NCBI RefSeq assembly: GCF_050726195.1
Contig: NZ_JBOHJC010000010.1
Coordinates: 100,746 to 124,745, forward strand
DNA length: 24,000 nt
Origin: Methyloceanibacter sp.
GTDB lineage: Bacteria; Pseudomonadota; Alphaproteobacteria; Rhizobiales; Methyloligellaceae
Direction of reading: 5' to 3'
In this document: positions 6,059-14,799 of the stretch, piece after piece
Layout: each line of letters opens with the position of its first letter
Numbering within the stretch: the stretch's first letter is position 1
The notes under the pieces: model-generated
Told to the model about the DNA's origin: nothing
Seen by the model: only the letters and a program-made list of their open reading frames with translations
Database searches by the model: none
Program-made: the position numbers and the translations under genes

Positions 6059-7440
6059 CGATGGACGCGCTCACCCACACCGCCCCGCTTCCCACCGAAC
6101 GCCGCCGGCCCTTGCGGCGGCTCCTTTCGGCAATCGGCGATGCGATGCCGAAAGGCCTCTATGCGCGCGCCCTCATCATCATCATTGCGCCGATGGTGCT
6201 GCTCCAATCGGTGGTGACGTTCGTGTTCCTGGAACGGCATTGGCAAACGGTGACGCACCGGCTGTCGACCGTCACGGTGCAGAACATCGCCATGTTGATC
6301 GACATGTATCAGGCGTTTCCCCAAGGGCAGAATGGCGAAACCCTGACCGCGCTCGCCGAGAAGAATCTGAACCTGCGGGTGCGCTTCGCCAAGGGCGAGG
6401 AGCTGCCGGAAGTCCGCTCGAAGCCGTTCTTCGGCCTCCTCGATGACGCGCTCTCCGACGAGTTGACGACGCGCATCGGGCGTCCGTTCTGGATCGATAC
6501 GGTCGGCCGCTCCGACTTCGTCGACATCCGCATCAAGCTCGACGATGCGGTGATGCACGTCCTCGCCAAACGCAGCCAAACCTATGCCTCCAACTCGCAC
6601 ATTTTCCTGGTGTGGATGCTCGGCACTTCGCTCGTGCTGCTCACCGTGGCGATCCTGTTCCTGCGCAACCAGATCAAGCCTATCCTGCGACTCGCGCACG
6701 CGGCCGAGAGCTTCGGCAAGGGGCGGCCGCCGCCGCCCGACTTCCGCCCGCGCGGCGCGCGCGAAGTGCGCCAGGCGGCCCATGCCTTCATCGAGATGCG
6801 CGACCGCATCGAGCGTCACGTGGAGCAGCGCACCGTCATGCTCGCCGGCGTCAGCCACGATCTGAGAACCGTCCTGACCCGCTTCAAGCTGCAACTCGCC
6901 CTGTTCGAGGAGACGCCGGAGATCGACGCCATGCGTGCCGACGTCGATGAGATGCAGGCCATGCTCGAGGACTACATGGCGTTCGCCAAGGGCGATTCCG
7001 GCGAGGAGATCGTACGCACCGACATCGGCGAAATTCTCGGCGAAGTGAAGAGCCAGGCGCATGCCGCCAAGAACATCGAGATCGAAGTCGAGGGCGAGCC
7101 TCTGGTGGTGCCGGTGCGCCGCCACGCGTTCAAGCGCGCCGTCGCCAACCTGGTCAACAACGCCGCCCGGTTCGCCGACCACGTGAACGTCAGCGCCGCC
7201 AAGCACAATGGCTCGCTCACCGTCCAGGTGGAAGATGACGGCCCCGGCATTCCGGAAGACGAGCGCGAGCATGTGTTTCGGCCGTTCTACCGCGTCGATG
7301 ATGCGCGCAACCAGGACGCCGGCTCGACCGGGCTCGGGCTCGCCATCGCCCGCGACATCGCCCGGATCCACGGCGGCGACATCGCGCTGGGTGAATCCCG
7401 CCTCGGCGGTTTGAAAGCCGTGCTAAGAGTTCCCGTCTGA
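6055..7440 (+). CDS. EnvZ-like sensor histidine kinase (two TM segments, HAMP, HisKA, HATPase_c)
   Basis: ATGA overlap with the response regulator stop. TM segments LIIIIAPMVLLQSVVTFVFL and IFLVWMLGTSLVLLTVAILFL. H-box GVSHDLRT, N-box NLVNNAARFA, G-boxes DDGPGIP and GSTGLGLAIARDI. Confidence 0.9.
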   Translation: MTMDALTHTAPLPTERRRPLRRLLSAIGDAMPKGLYARALIIIIAPMVLLQSVVTFVFLERHWQTVTHRLSTVTVQNIAMLIDMYQAFPQGQNGETLTALAEKNLNLRVRFAKGEELPEVRSKPFFGLLDDALSDELTTRIGRPFWIDTVGRSDFVDIRIKLDDAVMHVLAKRSQTYASNSHIFLVWMLGTSLVLLTVAILFLRNQIKPILRLAHAAESFGKGRPPPPDFRPRGAREVRQAAHAFIEMRDRIERHVEQRTVMLAGVSHDLRTVLTRFKLQLALFEETPEIDAMRADVDEMQAMLEDYMAFAKGDSGEEIVRTDIGEILGEVKSQAHAAKNIEIEVEGEPLVVPVRRHAFKRAVANLVNNAARFADHVNVSAAKHNGSLTVQVEDDGPGIPEDEREHVFRPFYRVDDARNQDAGSTGLGLAIARDIARIHGGDIALGESRLGGLKAVLRVPV

Positions 7441-7457
7441 TTCTGGAGGAGATGCTT

Positions 7458-7778
7458 ATGCGCAGGATGGCTGTCGGACTGGCAGCGTTATTGGCGGTCG
7501 CGTTCTGCGGAGCGGCCTCGGGCGAATCCGTCCAAGACGAGATTCAAGACGCCGAGCAGCCGGGCTCCGAGATCGAGATCGATCTCGGCGGCGGCAAGCC
7601 GCAAATTCACCGCGAGGGCGGCGGGCCGATCTTCGGCGAGGGTGAAGCCGAGGTGCCCTTGGAGCCTCTCGACGACCCCGACAATCCCATCGACCCGGAC
7701 CCCATCGACGAGGAATTGCCTGGCGAAGGGCCCGAGGACCTTTCGGGCCCGTTCGACGAGGATCCTCTGCCGGAATAG
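7458..7778 (+). CDS. Small secreted acidic Pro/Asp/Glu-rich protein (hypothetical)
   Basis: GGAGGAG at 7445-7451 favours ATG 7458 (MRRMAVGLAALLAVAFCGAASG-ESV...), a signal-peptide-like N-terminus. The mature part is highly acidic (PLDDPDNPIDPDPIDEELPGEGPEDLSGPFDEDPLPE). Third-position GC is high, consistent with host coding sequence. Confidence 0.5.
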   Translation: MRRMAVGLAALLAVAFCGAASGESVQDEIQDAEQPGSEIEIDLGGGKPQIHREGGGPIFGEGEAEVPLEPLDDPDNPIDPDPIDEELPGEGPEDLSGPFDEDPLPE

Positions 7779-7796
7779 CCGCGTCGCGGTGAGCGA

Positions 7797-8477
7797 CTAC
7801 ATGGCCGGCGCCGGGCCCGCCTCCGGCGCTCGCGGCGGTGGCGTTGTTTCCGCACCGTCCTTCCGCTTCCAGCCGCGCGGCATCAGCCCGCACACGAAAC
7901 GGCAGGCATCTTCCATCCTGGTCAGCATCTGCTCGCCGCGGCTCAAGCGGCGGTCGAGCGCCGCCATGGTGCGATCGAGCGACGGCGACGGGTCGTCGAG
8001 CCAGACCTGAAACACCTTGCCGTAGATCGATGCGAGACCGGCGACGCGCACCGCGGCGCCAGGCCCTTCGAGCTTGGCGCCGGACGCGGCAAGCATCCAG
8101 TATTGCGACGCGAGCGTTGAGCAGGCGATGAGCGACGCCTCGCCCGGACGGCAGCGCAGGTAACATGCGATGCGCTTCAGCGCGGGCTTGTACGGCCCCA
8201 GCACCTCGAACCGCGTCATGACAATGTCGAACAGCCGGTCGCGTGGGCTCTGGTCGGGCCCGGCCGGTTTCGCCTTGGCCAGCACCTCGGCGTCGACCTC
8301 GGCCTGGAAGGCGCGGATGATATCGCTCTTGCAGGAGAACTCGCGCCTGAGGTCGGCAAGGTCGAGGCCTGCCTGCTTGGCGATGTCGGCGAGGGTGATG
8401 TCGCCCCAGTCGCGCTGTTGCGCCAGCTCGAGCGCGGCCCGCACGGCTTTGCTTCGCTTGGAGAATTCGTCGAACAT
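7797..8477 (-). CDS. TetR-family transcriptional regulator
   Basis: N-terminal HTH AALELAQQRDWGDITLADIAKQAGLDLADLRREF, with a helical C-terminal ligand domain. Confidence 0.8.
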   Translation of the reverse strand: MFDEFSKRSKAVRAALELAQQRDWGDITLADIAKQAGLDLADLRREFSCKSDIIRAFQAEVDAEVLAKAKPAGPDQSPRDRLFDIVMTRFEVLGPYKPALKRIACYLRCRPGEASLIACSTLASQYWMLAASGAKLEGPGAAVRVAGLASIYGKVFQVWLDDPSPSLDRTMAALDRRLSRGEQMLTRMEDACRFVCGLMPRGWKRKDGAETTPPPRAPEAGPAPAM

Positions 8478-8499
8478 GGGCGTACTCCTTTGCCCTAGA

Positions 8500-8524
8500 A
8501 GATAGGCCTTTTTGGTGGCTATCT
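8500..8524. promoter_or_regulatory. Imperfect inverted repeat upstream of the TetR gene (candidate operator)
   Basis: AGATAG (8500-8505) ... CTATCT (8519-8524) flank a T-rich centre, 23 nt upstream of the TetR start at 8477. Confidence 0.25.
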
Positions 8525-8551
8525 AAAGACGCCGAAGTCGCCCCATTCAGC

Positions 8552-9373
8552 TTACGACGATAGCTCGCGGGAGCGTTTGGCGGCGGCCTCCACGGCGCGG
8601 AGGAACAGCTCCTGCATGCCGTGCTTGCCCATCAGCACGTCGAGCGCCGCCGCGGTCGTGCCCTTTGGCGACGTGACATTCTTGCGGAGTTCGGCCGGTT
8701 CCAGCTCGGAACGGCGCAACAACTCGCCGGCGCCCGCGACGGTGGCACGCGCCAGCCGCTTGGCGAGATCATGCGGAAGCCCTGCCGCCACGCCCGCCTC
8801 TTCCAGGCATTCCGCGAGCAGGAACACGTAAGCCGGCCCGCTACCGGACACGGCGGTCACAGGATCGAGCAGCGTTTCGTCCGCGAGCCAGATCACCTCG
8901 CCCACCCCAGACAGCAACGCATCACACTCCCGCCTCTGCTCCGCCGTGACGTTGGCATTGGCGACCGCGACGGTCATCCCCTGCCCGACCGACACAGGCG
9001 TGTTCGGCATCGCGCGCACGATCGCCGCCGTCTCCGGCAGATACCGCGACAGGCTCGCCAGCGTCCTCCCAGCGGCAATGGACAGAACCACAGTCCTCTC
9101 GCCGATCATCGGCTCGATCTCCGGCAACAGTCTGTCGGTGACGTCGGGCTTCACCGCAATGAGAATGACGGCGGGCGGCGCCGGCAGCTCAGGCGCGTCG
9201 TTCGCGGCGATGCCGTGACGCGCGGCAAGCGCGCGCATCGCTTCCGACAGCGCGGGATCCTGGATGAAGACCGTGGCCGGGTCGAGGCCCTGCTTGAGCC
9301 ATCCCTCGAGCAGCGCCCCGCCCATCTTGCCCGCGCCCACGAGGAGCAACGGGCCGGCGAGGCGGAGTGTCAT
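8552..9373 (-). CDS. proC: Pyrroline-5-carboxylate reductase
   Basis: MTLRLAGPLLLVGAGKMGGALLEGW... (Rossmann GxGxxG), AMPNTP, SGSGPAY and SPKGTTAAAL motifs. The ATG at 9373 makes a 4-nt overlap with the upstream ybjN-like gene. Confidence 0.9.
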   Translation of the reverse strand: MTLRLAGPLLLVGAGKMGGALLEGWLKQGLDPATVFIQDPALSEAMRALAARHGIAANDAPELPAPPAVILIAVKPDVTDRLLPEIEPMIGERTVVLSIAAGRTLASLSRYLPETAAIVRAMPNTPVSVGQGMTVAVANANVTAEQRRECDALLSGVGEVIWLADETLLDPVTAVSGSGPAYVFLLAECLEEAGVAAGLPHDLAKRLARATVAGAGELLRRSELEPAELRKNVTSPKGTTAAALDVLMGKHGMQELFLRAVEAAAKRSRELSS

Positions 9374-9867
9374 GCGCTTCCTTGCGTCTCGAGCATGGTG
9401 GCGGCAAGGGCGTCTTCGGCCGACTTGCCCGCCCACAACACGAACTGGAACGACTGATAATAGCGCTCACAGGCTTCGAGCGCCGCCTTTAACAGCGCTT
9501 CGCATTGGCCGGCATGGGTGGTGGCGCCGGCAAGCAGCAGCCCGTGGCGGTAGAGCAGCATGCCGTCCTCGCGCCACAAGTCGAAATGGCCGAGCCACAT
9601 CTGCTCGTTGATCAGCGCCATCAGCCGGTAGATCTCCGGCAGCCTGGGCGAGGTCGCCCGGAAATCGAAGGCGCAAGCGAGATGCAGCGCCTCTAGGTCC
9701 TCCCGCCAGGTGAGCGAGATGTGGTAGTCGCACCACGCGCCGGCCACCGACAGGGTGAGCTCGTCAGGGGTGCTGCGCTCGAACGCCCAGTCGTGGATGG
9801 TCGCAATCTGCTCGACGATGTCGACCGGGTTGGTGAAGTGGTCGTAGATAGCTTGTATCGTAGCCAT
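9370..9867 (-). CDS. YbjN-domain protein (putative sensory transduction regulator / chaperone-like)
   Basis: 165-aa acidic protein directly upstream of proC, a pairing I recall as conserved in alphaproteobacteria. The family call is by eye only. Confidence 0.55.
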   Translation of the reverse strand: MATIQAIYDHFTNPVDIVEQIATIHDWAFERSTPDELTLSVAGAWCDYHISLTWREDLEALHLACAFDFRATSPRLPEIYRLMALINEQMWLGHFDLWREDGMLLYRHGLLLAGATTHAGQCEALLKAALEACERYYQSFQFVLWAGKSAEDALAATMLETQGSA

Positions 9868-10023
9868 GCGTGTCCTCTGAGGGCCTCAGCAGAGTTCCGC
9901 GCACGCAACACGCCTGCCGCGAATCAGTAGATGAATCAGTTATATATCGAGGAGTCTGCGAGCACCAAGGCGGCCGGAGTCGCCCGCAGCGAATAGCTGT
10001 GGAAGGCTTCAAAAAGCTGTGGA

Positions 10024-11331
10024 TTACTTTGCGCGCGGACTCGACTCGCGTTTCGGCGGTAGCGCCGGAGTCTCATCCCCGCAGGCGGCGGCGCGGTCGA
10101 GCAGCAATTTGCGCTCGCGTTCATTCTGAGTCAGCGCCGCGGCGCGCGCGAACTCCGCCCGCGCCTCGTCGAACCGGCCGAGCTTCTCGAGGAGGTCGCC
10201 GCGGACGCTCGGCAGAAGATGATACGCCCTGAGCGTCGGCTCCGATTTCAAGGCATCGACGACCGCAAGCCCCGCCTCGGGGCCGAACAACATGGCAAGC
10301 GCCACCGCGCGATTGAGCTCCACGATGGGTGACGGCGCAATGTCGCCGAGCTTGCCGTAAAGTCCGACGATCTGCGCCCAATCCGTCTCCGCGGCCGTGC
10401 GCGCCCGCGCGTGACACGCGGCGATCGCCGCCTGCAATGCGTAGGGACCCGGGACCTGCGTCAACCTCTCAGCACGTTCGAGCGCCGCGAGACCGCGGCG
10501 AATGAGGAGCTGATCCCACCGCGCGCGATTCTGATCGAGCAGAAGCACCGGCTCGCCCGAGGGCTCGGTGCGCGCGCCGAAACGCGACGCCTGAATCTCC
10601 ATCAGCGCGATGAGGCCGTGCACTTCCGCCTCGTCGCGCGCCAGCTCGGCAAGGATGCGGCCCAGACGCAGCGCCTCCTGGCAGAGCTGCGGCCGCATCC
10701 AGTCGTCGCCCGCGGTTGCCGAATAGCCCTCGTTGAAGATCAGGTAGATGACCGCGAGCACGGAAGCGAGGCGCGAGGCGCGTTCCTCCCCGCGCGGCAC
10801 CTCGAACGGCACGCGCTTCTCGGCGAGCATCCGCTTGGCGCGGACAATGCGCTGCGCCACCGTCGGCTCGGGTACAAGGAACGCACGCGCGATCTCCTCG
10901 GTGGTCAAGCCGCCAAGCAGGCGCAAGGTGAGCGCCGCCTGCGCATCGGGTGCAAGGACCGGGTGGCAGGAAATGAACATCAAACGCAAGAGATCGTCGC
11001 CAATGTCGTCGTCGAGCGCGGCGTCGAGATCGGGCTGCGTCTCCTGCTCGATCACGAGTTCGTAGCCGAGCTGTTCGTGCTTGCGCTCGGCGAGCTTGTT
11101 GCGGCGAAAGCGGTCGATCGCGCGATTCTTCGCCGAGGCCATGAGCCAGGCGGCGGGCTTGTCGGGAATGCCCAATCTAGGCCACTGCTCGAGCGCCGCG
11201 ACCAGCGCGTCTTGCGCCAATTCCTCGGCGACGCCCACGTCGCGCACCATGCGCGTGAGGCCGGCGATCAGCTTGGCCTGCTCGATGCGGAACACCGCCT
11301 CTATGGCGCCTGTGATGTCGGTCGCCGTCAT
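10024..11331 (-). CDS. ECF sigma factor with a long C-terminal TPR-like extension (ECF42-type)
   Basis: Sigma2 (ELAQDALVAALEQWP...AWLMASAKNRAIDRFRR) and sigma4 (LTTEEIARAFLVPEPTVAQRIVRAKRML) regions, followed by a helical extension of about 230 aa. Two DGPF-motif genes lie immediately upstream, the genomic context described for ECF42. Confidence 0.8.
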   Translation of the reverse strand: MTATDITGAIEAVFRIEQAKLIAGLTRMVRDVGVAEELAQDALVAALEQWPRLGIPDKPAAWLMASAKNRAIDRFRRNKLAERKHEQLGYELVIEQETQPDLDAALDDDIGDDLLRLMFISCHPVLAPDAQAALTLRLLGGLTTEEIARAFLVPEPTVAQRIVRAKRMLAEKRVPFEVPRGEERASRLASVLAVIYLIFNEGYSATAGDDWMRPQLCQEALRLGRILAELARDEAEVHGLIALMEIQASRFGARTEPSGEPVLLLDQNRARWDQLLIRRGLAALERAERLTQVPGPYALQAAIAACHARARTAAETDWAQIVGLYGKLGDIAPSPIVELNRAVALAMLFGPEAGLAVVDALKSEPTLRAYHLLPSVRGDLLEKLGRFDEARAEFARAAALTQNERERKLLLDRAAACGDETPALPPKRESSPRAK

Positions 11332-11373
11332 GGCGACCGACTATGGCCACTTCCTTCGCGTCTGCAAGCGGCG

Positions 11374-11781
11374 CTAGACCGCGGTCGCCTGCTCCTCCGC
11401 GACTTGGTCGCACAGCTTCTCGCCCGGGCCCCCGATCTGGCGGATTTCGCATTCCCCTTGCCAGCCTGGGAGGTACGCCTTGTGTAGGTCCATCATGCGG
11501 CGCGCCCATTTGACCATCTCGTCCATCGACTGCGCCTCGAAGATCGCGAAACCGCCGATGACTTCCTTGGCCTCGGTAAACGGGCCGTCCATGATGCTGA
11601 CCTTGCCGCCGTCGAGGCGCACACGCGCGGCCTTGGCGGTCGGCAACAAGCCTTCGCCCGCGGTCATCACGCAACCAGCCTCGGCAGCTTCCCGCGTCAG
11701 CGCGCCCATCGCCTCGAGGAACTCCTTCGGCGGCGGGGCCGCGTTGGTTTCCCGAAATTTCACCATCGATATGAATCGCAT
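11374..11781 (-). CDS. YciI-like / DGPF-domain protein
   Basis: MRFISMVKF...MDGPFTEAKEVIGGFAIFEA. The DGPF motif and size are typical. Confidence 0.8.
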   Translation of the reverse strand: MRFISMVKFRETNAAPPPKEFLEAMGALTREAAEAGCVMTAGEGLLPTAKAARVRLDGGKVSIMDGPFTEAKEVIGGFAIFEAQSMDEMVKWARRMMDLHKAYLPGWQGECEIRQIGGPGEKLCDQVAEEQATAV

Positions 11782-11842
11782 CTCACGTCTCCTTCGTGTT
11801 GACTATCTATCGGTCTTGAGCGGGCGTCTGCCAGGTTCAGGA

Positions 11843-12256
11843 TCATGACTTCGCAATTTGCTCGCTCAGCCGGCGATGGTGCTCGACCGCATCGCTTTCG
11901 CCGAAATCCTCGAGCTCGAACATCTGGCGGATTTCGATCTCGCTGTCCTCGTTATGGGGATTGGGGCAGCGCTTGATCCAGGCGACCGCCTCCTCCAGCG
12001 ACTTGCATTGCAGGACCCAGTAGCCGGCCACCAGCTCCTTGGTCTCGGCGAAGGGGCCGTCGACGACTGTGCGCTTGTCGCCGGAAAACCGGACGCGAGC
12101 GCCCTTCGAGCTCGGCTGGAGCCCGTTGCCGTCGAGCATCACGCCGGCCTTCACCAGCTCCTCGTTGAACTTCGCCATGGCGGCGAGCAGTTCTTCGGAG
12201 GGCATCGCGCCGGCCTCCGAATCCTTCGTGGCTTTGACGAACGCTACGAATCGCAT
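11843..12256 (-). CDS. YciI-like / DGPF-domain protein
   Basis: Start moved to ATG 12256 (MRFVAFVKAT...), preceded by GAGAGGAGAA. Contains VDGPFAETKELVAGYWVLQC. Confidence 0.8.
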   Translation of the reverse strand: MRFVAFVKATKDSEAGAMPSEELLAAMAKFNEELVKAGVMLDGNGLQPSSKGARVRFSGDKRTVVDGPFAETKELVAGYWVLQCKSLEEAVAWIKRCPNPHNEDSEIEIRQMFELEDFGESDAVEHHRRLSEQIAKS

Positions 12257-12307
12257 GTGTTTTCTCCTCTCTTTCCGTGGAAGCCGGTTGCCTGGCTCTA
12301 TCCCCAC

Positions 12308-12334
12308 GACGAACGGGGCGCAGCGGAATCGACA
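12308..12334 (-). promoter_or_regulatory. Candidate ECF42-type autoregulated promoter (TGTCGA-N17-CGTC)
   Basis: On the minus strand: TGTCGA (complement of 12329-12334), a 17-nt spacer, CGTC (complement of 12308-12311). It lies about 50 nt upstream of the first DGPF gene start. This matches the ECF41/42-type -35 TGTC.. / -10 CGTC pattern as I recall it. Confidence 0.4.
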
Positions 12335-12395
12335 GGCGCACGAATTATTTTGAGGGAATTTTTTCGCGGAAAGACGGCAGCCTGTGGACCGAAGC

Positions 12396-12668
12396 CTAGG
12401 CGCCCTTCTTGGACTTGCCCTTGGCGAGCGCGGCCTCCAGCGCGGCGATGCGCTCTTTAAGGCTCTCGTTCTCCTCCCGCGCCTTCTGCGCCATGGCCTT
12501 GACCGCCTCGAACTCCTCGCGCTGCACCACGTCGAGGTCGCGCAACACGCGCTCGGCCTGGGCGCGGACGACGCTCTCGACCTCCTTGCGCACGCCGTCG
12601 GCGGCGCCGGCCGCGTCGGTCAGGAGCTTGCCGAGCTCGTCGAAGAATCGTCCGGTAGTCTGCGTCAT
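12396..12668 (-). CDS. ubiK: UbiK/YqiC (BMFP) family coiled-coil accessory factor
   Basis: MTQTTGRFFDELGKLLTDAAGAA...VVQREEFEAVKAMAQKAREENESLKERIAALEAAL. Start moved to ATG 12668. Confidence 0.7.
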   Translation of the reverse strand: MTQTTGRFFDELGKLLTDAAGAADGVRKEVESVVRAQAERVLRDLDVVQREEFEAVKAMAQKAREENESLKERIAALEAALAKGKSKKGA

Positions 12669-12828
12669 GGCGAAAATCCCTGGAATGGGGCGAAACTGAA
12701 CTGTCATCTGCGGCGACTATGGGACGCCATCATAACCGAGGCAAGCCGCGGGACGGCGCGGCCTTGAGCGCCTTGACAGTCGATATCCAGCGGTGAAGGG
12801 TCGGCCCGTCGCTCCGACCCCAGGACCC

Positions 12829-13656
12829 ATGCAACTGTTCGTCCTCCCCTACCCCGTCATCGATCCCATCGCGATCGAGATCGGCCCCGTGTCCGTCCGC
12901 TGGTACGGGCTCGCCTACATGGCCGGCATCCTGCTCGGCTGGCTCTATGGGCGCTATCTCGTGTCGCGTCCCGCACTATGGGCCGGCAAGCCGCCGATGA
13001 CCGTGAGCCAAGCCGACGATTTCCTGCTGTGGATCACGCTCGGCATCGTCGTCGGCGGACGGCTTGGCTTCGTCCTGTTCTACGAGCCGAGTTACTTCTG
13101 GCAAAACCCCATGCAGATCCCCGCGATATGGAACGGTGGCATGTCGTTCCATGGCGGGTTGCTCGTGGTCGTCCTCGCCGTTTACGTGTTCTCGCGGGTG
13201 AAGGGCATCAACCCGCTGTCGCTCGGCGATGTCGCCTCCGCCGCCACGCCGTTCGGCCTCTTCTTCGGCCGCCTCGCCAATTTCATCAACTCCGAGGTGG
13301 TGGGACGGACGAGCGACGTGCCGTGGGCCATGGTGTTCCCCGGCGCCGGCGATCGGCCGCGCCATCCGAGCCAGCTCTACGAGGCGGCGCTCGAGGGCGT
13401 CGTGCTGTTCATCATCCTGCGCATCGCCACGCACCGCTACTTCGCGCTGACCCGGCCGGGCACGGTGTTCGGGCTGTTCCTCGTGTTCTACGGCATCTTC
13501 CGGAGCCTGGTGGAGGAGTTCTTCCGCGAACCCCATGCCGGACATCCGATGGATGTCGGCATCCTCACGCCGGGCTTCGTCTACTCGATCCCGATGATCC
13601 TGATCGGCGCCTGGCTCATTTGGCGCGCAAGGCGGAAGCCGGCGCTTGCCTCGTGA
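12829..13656 (+). CDS. lgt: Phosphatidylglycerol-prolipoprotein diacylglyceryl transferase
   Basis: VRWYGLAYMAGILLGW, GGRLGFVLFYEP, WNGGMSFHGGLL, GRLANFINSE, HPSQLYEAALEG. ATG 12829 is preferred over GTG 12793. Confidence 0.9.
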   Translation: MQLFVLPYPVIDPIAIEIGPVSVRWYGLAYMAGILLGWLYGRYLVSRPALWAGKPPMTVSQADDFLLWITLGIVVGGRLGFVLFYEPSYFWQNPMQIPAIWNGGMSFHGGLLVVVLAVYVFSRVKGINPLSLGDVASAATPFGLFFGRLANFINSEVVGRTSDVPWAMVFPGAGDRPRHPSQLYEAALEGVVLFIILRIATHRYFALTRPGTVFGLFLVFYGIFRSLVEEFFREPHAGHPMDVGILTPGFVYSIPMILIGAWLIWRARRKPALAS

Positions 13657-14780
13657 TGGGCGCCGCGCGCAAGCATCACAACCCGCAAAGCACGCTGCTC
13701 GCGGCGCGCCTCAAAGCCCGCATCGCCCGCGACGGCCCGTTGAGCGTCGCCGCGTTCATGGAAGCCTGTCTCGCCGATACCGGCGCCGGCTACTACACCT
13801 CGCGCCAGCCGATTGGCGAGGCCGGCGACTTCATCACCGCGCCCGAGGTCAGCCAGATGTTCGGCGAGCTGCTCGGGCTGTGGGCTGTCGCCGTGTGGCA
13901 ATCCATGGGCGAGCCACGGCCCGTCGTCGTCGCCGAGCTCGGCCCTGGCCGCGGCACTCTCATGGCGGATTCGCTGCGCGCCTGGCGGAGCGTGCCGGAC
14001 TTTCATGCCGCGGTTCGGATTGCGCTGGTTGAAACGAGCCCCGTGCTGCGCGAAGCCCAGCAAGTAGGGATGCACGAGGCAATTGCGCCGGTCCAATGGT
14101 ATGGCGCCATCGAGGACGTACCGCCCGGCCCGCTGATCGTCATCGCCAACGAGTTCGTCGACGCCCTTCCCGTCCGCCAGCTCGTTTGGCGCGACGGTGT
14201 GTGGCGCGAGCGTTGCGTCACCATCGGCCGGACCGGCGGCTTCGCATTTTGCGAGGGACGCGAGGTATGGAGCGAAGGCTTGCGGCAGGCGGCGCACGCG
14301 CTACGCGCGCCGGAGGGCTCCATCCTCGAGGTCAGGCCTGCGGCGGCCGCCCTGATCGCCGCGCTCGCCACCCGCGCCCGCGAAGCGCCGCTTGCGGCGC
14401 TCTTTGTCGACTACGGCCACACCGAGACCGCCTGCGGCGATACGCTGCAGGCCGTCTCGCGCCACCAATTCGCCGATCCCCTCGCCGCGCCGGGCGAGGT
14501 GGACCTCACCGCCCATGTCGACTTCGCCGCGCTGAAGGACGTGGGCTTGGCGCACGGGCTCGCAGCCTACGGGCCCATGCCGCAAGGCGAATTCCTCCTC
14601 AAACTCGGCCTCGAAGCCCGCCGCGACCGCCTGTACGAGAAGGCGACGCCGGAGCAGAAGGCGGAGCTCGCCTCCGGCGCGAGCCGGCTCGTCGACCCGC
14701 AAGCCATGGGACTTCTGTTCAAGGCGCTCGCGCTGACGAGCCCCGGGCTTGCCCCGCCGCCTCCCTTCGGCGAGATTTGA
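13656..14780 (+). CDS. Class I SAM-dependent methyltransferase, NDUFAF7/MidA (DUF185) family
   Basis: This is the real gene inside the chimeric 600-aa ORF 12978..14780. The ATG at 13656 overlaps the lgt stop (TGATG). Contains DFITAPEVSQMFGELLG and VVAELGPGRGTLMAD. Confidence 0.8.
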   Translation: MGAARKHHNPQSTLLAARLKARIARDGPLSVAAFMEACLADTGAGYYTSRQPIGEAGDFITAPEVSQMFGELLGLWAVAVWQSMGEPRPVVVAELGPGRGTLMADSLRAWRSVPDFHAAVRIALVETSPVLREAQQVGMHEAIAPVQWYGAIEDVPPGPLIVIANEFVDALPVRQLVWRDGVWRERCVTIGRTGGFAFCEGREVWSEGLRQAAHALRAPEGSILEVRPAAAALIAALATRAREAPLAALFVDYGHTETACGDTLQAVSRHQFADPLAAPGEVDLTAHVDFAALKDVGLAHGLAAYGPMPQGEFLLKLGLEARRDRLYEKATPEQKAELASGASRLVDPQAMGLLFKALALTSPGLAPPPPFGEI

Positions 14781-14799
14781 CCAAGCCAAACCGCCCGCC

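Noticed and set aside
6046-7371. 441-aa minus-strand ORF opposite the histidine kinase
   Set aside because: Antisense shadow. The + strand carries all the kinase motifs (H, N and G boxes).
10411-11487. 358-aa + strand ORF opposite the ECF sigma factor. Similar long shadows occur at 7456-8166(-), 8621-9457(+), 15756-16730(-), 16654-17805(+), 19966-21063(+), 21272-22401(-) and 23062-23955(-).
   Set aside because: All are wrong-strand or wrong-frame ORFs kept open by high GC. Each overlaps a gene with clear family motifs, and each has Arg/Gly/Pro/Ala-biased composition.
12978-14780. 600-aa + strand ORF spanning lgt and the methyltransferase
   Set aside because: It is chimeric. Its first ~225 codons are an out-of-frame read through lgt (Arg/Pro-rich nonsense). 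The real gene starts at ATG 13656, overlapping the lgt stop.
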